Shown here: positions 1 to 5,951 of the stretch, piece after piece
Layout of the letters: every line of letters begins with the position of its first letter
Position numbering within the stretch: position 1 is the first letter of the stretch
Source: a candidate division WOR-3 bacterium
GTDB lineage: Bacteria; Hydrothermota; Tepidihabitantia; Tepidihabitantales; Tepidihabitantaceae
DNA length: 12,178 bases
NCBI GenBank assembly: GCA_039801225.1
Contig: JBDRUH010000048.1
Span: forward strand, 1-12,178
Direction of reading: 5' to 3'
Notes under the pieces: generated by a model
The model's database searches: none
Told to the model about the DNA's origin: nothing
What the model saw: only the letters and a program-made list of their open reading frames with translations
Program-made: the position numbers and the translations under genes

Positions 1-64
1 ACCCGAGCAGCGTTATCAAGCGCTGGGTATTATTTCTGCCGTAAAGGATTTCAACCATTGGCAT
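1..64 (-). CDS. Possible 5' end of a gene running off the left edge (MPMVEILYGRNNTQRLITLLG...)
   Basis: In-frame ATGs at 64 and 58, open to position 1, downstream of the minus-strand promoter and structured element. No SD; plus-strand frames ending at 108 and 193 are also open, so identity is unresolved. Confidence 0.2.
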   Translation of the reverse strand, partial: MPMVEILYGRNNTQRLITLLG

Positions 65-148
65 ATTCGGAGATTGGAGAGAAGGGGATTCTTGCTCGGG
101 TCAAATAAACTGGTCAGTTTTGTCATTTCTATTCTATCTATAAAAATT

Positions 149-284
149 GTAACCGAATCTATCATGGTCTCAAGCATGAGCAGACTGTCATAGTAACATC
201 AGTTCAATCGGCTCAAGGCAACCTTTGCGCGGGTTTACCTTGAGACCAAGGGGTTCAAGTTTTTTTCGCTATTCCCGTTACCGA
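149..284 (-). ncRNA. Candidate structured RNA or cis-regulatory leader, family unassigned
   Basis: Perfect 10-bp inverted repeat TGGTCTCAAG 165-174 / CTTGAGACCA 239-248 enclosing two stems (177-187/205-215 and 218-223/232-238). Each inner stem has one G-U pair on the minus strand that is an A-C mismatch on plus. Promoter upstream at 291-318. Confidence 0.4.
239..266 (+). terminator. Possible intrinsic terminator for a plus-strand transcript
   Basis: CTTGA-G-ACC AAGG GGT-TCAAG (239-259) followed by T7 (260-266). Confidence 0.35.
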
Positions 285-290
285 TATAGA

Positions 291-318
291 ATCATAATCG
301 AACAATTTAGAATATCAA
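291..318 (-). promoter_or_regulatory. Sigma70-like promoter facing the structured element
   Basis: Minus strand TTGATA (318-313), 16 bp, TATGAT (296-291); overlaps the 3' end of the 307-1329 gene. Confidence 0.5.
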
Positions 319-1329
319 ACTTGTGGCAATGTGTCCTAATGAGCCTAAGGAAAGTAAAGCCAGAAAAGTAAGGTCGCGAGCCATATAGTCCCCAGCGTGG
401 GGCCAGTCCCGAGTTATAAAACTATATCCGACAATCATTGTTAATCCGTAGAATGTCCCGCTTGCTACTCCCACACAGGCTTTTTTCCACAATTCCGGAG
501 TGTTTTCATCGTAGCCCAGTTTTGCCCATTCATTTTTCAGTATATTTTGATAGTAACCAAAAATGGCACCAGACAGAGTGCCTAAGGAACCGAGTGCAAT
601 CAATTGCCAGTCTTTGACATAACTTTCAAGATAAGGTGAACCCAAGGCAAAGATACTCATTGTTGTCGCATCAATGCCAGTGGCAATAACTGTCTCCCAG
701 GGAGGGGCGTCAGCCGATTTTTTGTTGAGAAATTTTGTGCCTACCGAGAAGTAAAATTGGTTATACGAGGTCTTTATCTCTTTAACCCCAATTTTAGGAT
801 ATTTAATATTCATATAACCTATTTCGGCAACAATATCGGAGTTTATTAATCGCACAGGCACAACCCCTAAAGAGACTTTTCCATATTGAGACGGGAACAA
901 TTCATACACGATATATTCATACCAGATATGCCTGGGGATGTCTATCGGGATTGCTTCATACCAATTGTCAACATTCTCTTTCGCCCATAAGGAGCCTTCT
1001 AATTTCAAATATAGCGGAATCCTTTTTAGTGGATAAATTTCTCCGTAAAGGGTAAAAAAGGAGAATGGAAATCTATAGCGAATTACCAAATCTAAAGATT
1101 CTTTTGTCCAGGAATAAGGACATTCAATTTTCCCTTCTTTTTGTTCTTTAAAGAAATTCTCAACGCCAAACAATGATACACCGAGCGAAAAGGCATCGGT
1201 TGATAGACCCAAATTACTCACCGAGAAATTAGCGATGGTATGTCGCTGAATGGAATAGCCGATGTTTGCCTTGACTGGTGTATAAGAAAGATTTAAACCT
1301 GATAATAAGATGAAGTATATCAAAATCAC
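307..1329 (-). CDS. Hypothetical exported/membrane protein, 340 aa
   Basis: Long ORF with GTG start, hydrophobic N-terminus (signal-peptide-like, ...VKA), beta-strand-like middle and about four Gly-rich hydrophobic segments at the C-terminus. AT-rich relative to neighbours. No family recognised. Confidence 0.7.
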   Translation of the reverse strand: MILIYFILLSGLNLSYTPVKANIGYSIQRHTIANFSVSNLGLSTDAFSLGVSLFGVENFFKEQKEGKIECPYSWTKESLDLVIRYRFPFSFFTLYGEIYPLKRIPLYLKLEGSLWAKENVDNWYEAIPIDIPRHIWYEYIVYELFPSQYGKVSLGVVPVRLINSDIVAEIGYMNIKYPKIGVKEIKTSYNQFYFSVGTKFLNKKSADAPPWETVIATGIDATTMSIFALGSPYLESYVKDWQLIALGSLGTLSGAIFGYYQNILKNEWAKLGYDENTPELWKKACVGVASGTFYGLTMIVGYSFITRDWPHAGDYMARDLTFLALLSLGSLGHIATSLIF

Positions 1330-1338
1330 AACAGTTTT

Positions 1339-1366
1339 ATTGTAATATTAGTTCGGGAAAAAGCAA
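1339..1366 (-). promoter_or_regulatory. Sigma70-like promoter of the orphan gene
   Basis: Minus strand TTGCTT (1366-1361), 16 bp, TACAAT (1344-1339); GTG start 9 nt downstream. Confidence 0.5.
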
Positions 1367-1459
1367 TATATGATGATGCTTGGAGGGGTAACCTGATATT
1401 AAACCGAATCAATTAGGTAATAACAGAAGAGCGGAAATTAAGAACTAAAAACTAAATAA

Positions 1460-1487
1460 TTGACCACCCTTGCAGTTTTTCTATAAT
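1460..1487 (+). promoter_or_regulatory. Sigma70-like promoter of valS, probably leaderless
   Basis: TTGACC (1460-1465), 16 bp, TATAAT (1482-1487); ATG at 1495 is 7 nt downstream with no SD. Confidence 0.75.
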
Positions 1488-1494
1488 AGCGTTA

Positions 1495-4149
1495 ATGTTT
1501 CAAGAGAAGTTGAACGATTTTCCCACCCGTTACGACCCGAAGCCGGTTGAGGAGAAGTGGTATCGGTTCTGGGAGGAGAAGGGGTTCTTCACCGCCAATC
1601 CCGATTCGCCTAAGCCGAAGTTTTCCATTGTCATTCCGCCGCCCAATGTTACCGGCTCACTGCATATGGGGCATGCCCTGGACAATACTTTGCCGGACAT
1701 TCTTATCCGGCGGAAGAAGATGCAGGGGTATGAGACGCTCTGGCTGCCAGGGACCGACCACGCCGGCATCGGCACCCAGGTGAAGGTTGAGCAGATGCTC
1801 GCCAGGGAGGGAAAGACCCGATTTGATTTAGGTCGGGAGGAGTTTCTCAAGCGTGCCTGGGAGTGGAAGGAGAAATACGGTCAGGAGATTGTTAAGCAGT
1901 TACGCCGGTTGGGTTGCTGTCTGGACTGGAGTCGGTTTCGGTTCACCTTGGATGAGGTGTGTGCCCGAGCGGTGCGCGAGGCTTTTGTTCGTTATTATGA
2001 GAAAGGGCTGATTTATCGGGGGTTGAGAATTGTTAACTGGTGTCCGCGCTGCCTCACCGCCCTTTCCGACTTAGAGGTCAAGGATAAGGATGAACGGTCG
2101 TTTCTCTGGTATATTCGCTATCCGCTTTTGGCGGACAAGGGGCAGTTCGTGGTGGTGGCGACAACCCGACCGGAGACGATGCTGGGCGATACCGCGGTGG
2201 CGGTTAATCCTAATGACGAACGTTACCGGAACCTGATTGGCAAGAAGGTCTTACTACCTTTGACCGAAAGGCAGATACCGATTATTGCCGATCCCGCGGT
2301 GGAGATGGAGTTTGGCACCGGTGCGGTTAAGGTTACGCCGGCACACGACCCGGTTGACTTTGAGATTGGCGAACGGCATAGCCTTGACCGTATCAAGGTG
2401 ATTGGTGAAGATGCCCGGATGACCAGTTTTGCCCCTAAAAAATATCAGGGAATGACCAGAGAGGAGTGTCGCCAGGCGGTGGTTGAGGATTTAAAGGCAC
2501 AGGGTCTCTTAGAGAAGATTGAAGACTATTCCCATGCGGTAGGTATCTGTGACCGCTGCGGCACGGTGATTGAGCCTTTGGCAAGTGAGCAGTGGTTTGT
2601 TAAGATGAAGCCCCTGGCAGAACCGGCAATTAAGGTGGTGGAACAGGGTAAGGTTCGGTTCTATCCCGAGCGCTGGACCAAGGTTTATCTGGAGTGGATG
2701 GGTAAGGTGAAGGACTGGTGTATCTCAAGGCAGTTGTGGTGGGGGCACCGGATTCCGGTTTGGTATTGTGAGTGTGGGGAGACGATTGTTGCCCGAGAGG
2801 ACCCGAGCGAGTGCCCGAAGTGCCATTCCCAAAATCTGCGGCAGGATGAGGATGTGCTTGATACCTGGTTCTCTTCGGCGCTCTGGCCTTTTGCCACAAT
2901 GGGCTGGCCAGAAGAGACCGTTGACTATCGGACATTTTTCCCAACCGATTTCCTTACCACCGACCCGGATATTATCTTCCGCTGGGAGGCGCGGATGATA
3001 TTTTCCAGTATAGAGTTTACCGGCAGAATTCCGTTTACCGATGTTTATATCCATTCTACAGTTCTTGACCGCAGCGGTGCCCGAATGAGCCGGTCTAAGG
3101 GTGTTGGGGTTGACCCGCTACTGATAATTGATAAATACGGCACCGATGCCTGCCGGTTCACCATCGCCTATCTGGAGAGTCAGTCCCAGAGTTACCGGCT
3201 CTGGAATGAGCGTTTTGAACTGGGCAGGAACTTTACCAATAAAATCTGGAATGCCGGTCGGTTGATAGCGCCATTTATTACGGGTGGTGAATCTAATTTA
3301 CCGATTGAAGATTTGAGCCCGGTGGATAACTGGATTTTGCAAAGGTTCAATCAAACCTTAGAGAAGGTGAACAAGGGGCTTGACCAGTATACATTTGCCT
3401 CAGTCGCCCAGGCGCTTTACGACTTTTTCTGGCATGACCTGTGTGACTGGTATCTGGAGTTTATTAAATCCCGTCTGAAGGCAAATGAACCGGTTGTTCG
3501 TCAGGTGCTCATTTCTCTCTTTCGGGCGACTTTGCAACTGCTCCATCCGATAATACCCTTTATTACCGAGGAACTCTGGCACCGGCTGCGACTGGGCAAT
3601 GGTTCAATCCTTGAGTCCTCCTGGCCCGGTCCTTTTCCCGGCAAAGAAGAGGATGTTGATTTAATGGAGCGAATGCGAGAATTGATAAGTGAGGTCCGCC
3701 AGGTTCGTGCCGAGATGCGGGTGCCGGTAAAAAGTCCAGTTGAATGTGTCGTCAACACCCAAAATGAACGGTTTGCCGCATTCCTTAAGAAGGAGGAGAT
3801 ACTTATTAAGGAACTGGCGAAGGTCTCTAAAATAAGTTTTAGTTCCATCCGCCCGCCCTCCTCCTCGGTGATTGTGTTTGCTGATGGTGAAGTTTACATT
3901 CCCCTTGCCGGGGTTGTTGATGTCCAAAAGGAACTCAGCCGACTGAGTTGTGAGGCGGAAGATTTGCGGCGACTGATTTTTGAGATTGACAATAGGCTAA
4001 ACAACGCCGATTTTCTCAGCCGGGCAAAAAGGGAGGTTATTGAAAGGGACGAAGAGCGCCGGGCAGAATTTGCCGCCCGCCTGGAGCGGCTGGAAAGACA
4101 ACTCAGTTCAATGCCCGAGACCAAAATCCCCAAGTCCCAAAATCGGTAA
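1495..4149 (+). CDS. valS: Valine--tRNA ligase
   Basis: PPPNVTGSLHMGHAL (HIGH motif), PGTDHAGI, ATTRPETMLGD and GTGAVKVTPAHD (editing domain), DWCISRQLWWGHRIP, DVLDTWFSS, RMSRS at the KMSKS position, C-terminal coiled coil; 884 aa. Confidence 0.98.
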   Translation: MFQEKLNDFPTRYDPKPVEEKWYRFWEEKGFFTANPDSPKPKFSIVIPPPNVTGSLHMGHALDNTLPDILIRRKKMQGYETLWLPGTDHAGIGTQVKVEQMLAREGKTRFDLGREEFLKRAWEWKEKYGQEIVKQLRRLGCCLDWSRFRFTLDEVCARAVREAFVRYYEKGLIYRGLRIVNWCPRCLTALSDLEVKDKDERSFLWYIRYPLLADKGQFVVVATTRPETMLGDTAVAVNPNDERYRNLIGKKVLLPLTERQIPIIADPAVEMEFGTGAVKVTPAHDPVDFEIGERHSLDRIKVIGEDARMTSFAPKKYQGMTREECRQAVVEDLKAQGLLEKIEDYSHAVGICDRCGTVIEPLASEQWFVKMKPLAEPAIKVVEQGKVRFYPERWTKVYLEWMGKVKDWCISRQLWWGHRIPVWYCECGETIVAREDPSECPKCHSQNLRQDEDVLDTWFSSALWPFATMGWPEETVDYRTFFPTDFLTTDPDIIFRWEARMIFSSIEFTGRIPFTDVYIHSTVLDRSGARMSRSKGVGVDPLLIIDKYGTDACRFTIAYLESQSQSYRLWNERFELGRNFTNKIWNAGRLIAPFITGGESNLPIEDLSPVDNWILQRFNQTLEKVNKGLDQYTFASVAQALYDFFWHDLCDWYLEFIKSRLKANEPVVRQVLISLFRATLQLLHPIIPFITEELWHRLRLGNGSILESSWPGPFPGKEEDVDLMERMRELISEVRQVRAEMRVPVKSPVECVVNTQNERFAAFLKKEEILIKELAKVSKISFSSIRPPSSSVIVFADGEVYIPLAGVVDVQKELSRLSCEAEDLRRLIFEIDNRLNNADFLSRAKREVIERDEERRAEFAARLERLERQLSSMPETKIPKSQNR

Positions 4150-4160
4150 GGGAGGTGGTA

Positions 4161-4718
4161 ATGAAAGGTTTTTTAAACGCCTTAGGCTGGATATTTTTTT
4201 TACTCCTTTGTATCGTTGGACTTCTGTTCTATAACTTCAGTTATCTTTCTAAGGAGGCTAAGATTTCCCGGTTGGAGCAGGAGATTAAAATGTGGACCCA
4301 GCGAGTCGCCGAACTAACCGATAGCCTGAGGCGTTCAACTGAAGGAACCGATACGCTTTTTTCCCGAACCTTTCGCTTTGACGAACTGTTTGAGAGCGCA
4401 GAGAGTTTAAAAGTTTCGCGAGATGGCGAGGCACGGTTACGCGATATGGTGCCCCAGTTGCGGTCAACCTCAGGTGTAATTGAGGTGATCGGACACACCG
4501 AGTCCAAAAGGTCACCTGCTTTGTTATCCTGGCCGACCGGTTGGGAGTTTTCGGCATCTGCGGCTGCGGCGGCTGCCCGGACCCTGATATCCTTGGGAGT
4601 GCCTGCAGAGCGGATTTTGGTGGTTGGGGCGGCAGATAACAGACCGGCAGTTCCCAAAACTGCTACCGATGCCCAGTTGATGAACCGTCGGGTTGAGATT
4701 ACGGTCCGCGTTAGATGA
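4161..4718 (+). CDS. Membrane-anchored OmpA/MotB C-terminal-like domain protein
   Basis: SD GGAGGT 4151-4156 favours ATG 4161 over GTG 4155. N-terminal TM helix, short coiled coil, then IEVIGHTE, WEFS, GAADNRPAVP, NRRVEITV. Confidence 0.85.
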   Translation: MKGFLNALGWIFFLLLCIVGLLFYNFSYLSKEAKISRLEQEIKMWTQRVAELTDSLRRSTEGTDTLFSRTFRFDELFESAESLKVSRDGEARLRDMVPQLRSTSGVIEVIGHTESKRSPALLSWPTGWEFSASAAAAAARTLISLGVPAERILVVGAADNRPAVPKTATDAQLMNRRVEITVRVR

Positions 4719-5158
4719 GTTTAGTTTTAAGTTTATTGTTATTATTTTTTGGTCAAACTCCTGCGGCAGAGTCCTTGGCCACTGTAGATTCACTGCCAAA
4801 GAGTGTAGGAGCAAAGTCACCAGGTAAAGCGGTTCTTCTTTCCTTTCTTATTCCCGGGGGTGGTCAGATATACACCAAAAACTACTTTAAGGCGGCGCTG
4901 ATCGCGCCGACCGAGGTCGCACTGGGCTATATCTCCTATCGCGAGCATCTCAAGGCGCAAGATGCGCTAGAGAGGGGAGACACTGCCGCTTATTCCGCAT
5001 ATCGCGACAGACGAACCGCATTTCTTTGGTGGACATTGGCAACGGTGGTCTTTTCCATGGCTGACGCCTATGTTTCGGCACAGATGTTCGGATTTGATAA
5101 AGAGATGAAACTGAACATCGGTCCAGACCGATTTGGCATCACCATTGCCTTAAAATAA
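4715..5158 (+). CDS. DUF5683-like membrane protein
   Basis: KSPGKAVLLSFLIPGGGQIY...YFKA and DAYVSAQM patterns typical of the family; ATGA overlap with the upstream stop (translational coupling). Confidence 0.75.
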   Translation: MSLVLSLLLLFFGQTPAAESLATVDSLPKSVGAKSPGKAVLLSFLIPGGGQIYTKNYFKAALIAPTEVALGYISYREHLKAQDALERGDTAAYSAYRDRRTAFLWWTLATVVFSMADAYVSAQMFGFDKEMKLNIGPDRFGITIALK

Positions 5159-5213
5159 CCAAGAAAGATGCCTTCTTTCGTTTTTTTCTCCACCTCCACT
5201 TCAACCTAATTTT

Positions 5214-5888
5214 ATGCCGGTATTTTTAGCCGCAGCAGGAAAGTTTACAATGGAATGGCTCCTTTCTATCCTCAACAACCCAGAAACTGCCGGGGTTGAA
5301 GGTGGCTGGGGAGTTGCCTATTGCTATGGCAACCGGCTGGAAACAATTCGCTCACACCATTCCCGAAAAGAAGGCGAAGAGTTCAATCAAATGAAAGAAA
5401 TCCGCACTGATATGGCGATGCTCTATTTCCATAATACAGACGAGAAGCTCACTCCAAGAACCGTTCAGCCATTTGTCAGGCGCGAGGCGGGTGAAGCCTG
5501 GGCATTCTGTCATATCGGTCATATTGAACATCCGGAAAGGCTGAACTTAGGTGGAAGGTATCCTGATGGTCCGGCACCGAGTGAAACTTTTTTTATGCAT
5601 ATTCTAAACCAATTTCGGGCAGAAGCGCCAGTAGAGTCGGTTTACGCTCTTTTCTCAACAACCCCGGATGAAGGAACGCTTTCCTTCTCTTTAATGTCGC
5701 CCAATTTTGTCGTGGCTGCCTCATGGTTCAATGAAAAAGAAAAAAAGCCCATCCGACTGTGGTTTGGAAAAGGAAAACTGGTTCGGCTTCTTGCCACCTA
5801 CCCTTTTGAAAACTTAGCCGGTGTTGTCTGGGAGGTTCTGGCTAACCGTTCGGTTCTTATAATTAACCGGGAGCGTCGGGCGGTTTAA
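5214..5888 (+). CDS. Class II glutamine amidotransferase-like (YafJ/EgtC-type Ntn fold) protein, probably catalytically degenerate
   Basis: GWGVAY, TVQPF, WAFCHIG and PSETFF lie in the order of the family motifs DGWG, NTHPF, FxHNG and DSE; no N-terminal Cys. Confidence 0.7.
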   Translation: MPVFLAAAGKFTMEWLLSILNNPETAGVEGGWGVAYCYGNRLETIRSHHSRKEGEEFNQMKEIRTDMAMLYFHNTDEKLTPRTVQPFVRREAGEAWAFCHIGHIEHPERLNLGGRYPDGPAPSETFFMHILNQFRAEAPVESVYALFSTTPDEGTLSFSLMSPNFVVAASWFNEKEKKPIRLWFGKGKLVRLLATYPFENLAGVVWEVLANRSVLIINRERRAV

Positions 5889-5908
5889 AAGCCTTTTCCC
5901 GATTAAGT

Positions 5909-5940
5909 AAAGGGGCGGTTGTTGAACCGCCCCTTTTGTT
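5909..5940. terminator. Bidirectional intrinsic terminator between convergent genes
   Basis: Perfect 12-bp inverted repeat AAAGGGGCGGTT (5909-5920) / AACCGCCCCTTT (5925-5936), 4-nt loop, T-rich tails on both strands. Confidence 0.9.
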
Positions 5941-5951
5941 AGCTATTTTTC

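Noticed and set aside
16..126. 36-aa minus-strand ORF MTKLTSLF... as a leader peptide
   Set aside because: No SD, no regulatory codon run, and several competing open frames at the window edge.
183..241. c-di-GMP-I riboswitch-like words on the minus strand (GGTAAACC, GCGCAAAG, GTTGCC, CTATGACAG)
   Set aside because: The GNRA-capped P2 stem is absent and the motif order is wrong, so it is kept only as an unassigned RNA.
149..306. Integron attC site after the AT-rich orphan
   Set aside because: GTAAC/GTTAC ends do not match RYYYAAC/GTTRRRY, there are no L boxes, and the gene has its own promoter.
1330..1494. T-box riboswitch upstream of valS
   Set aside because: No GGTGGNACCGCG T-box motif or terminator, and the promoter leaves no room for a leader.
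1530..4657. Short antisense or alternate-frame ORFs overlapping valS and the OmpA-like gene
   Set aside because: They overlap well-supported genes, show no motifs or SD, and are expected shadow ORFs.
4161..4718. Flagellar stator gene motB
   Set aside because: No TM Asp motif, no motA or flagellar genes nearby; only the shared OmpA-like domain is present.
5163..5187. Terminator after the DUF5683-like gene (GAAAGA-TGCCT-TCTTTC-G-T7)
   Set aside because: The 6-bp stem has only two G-C pairs, too weak to call.
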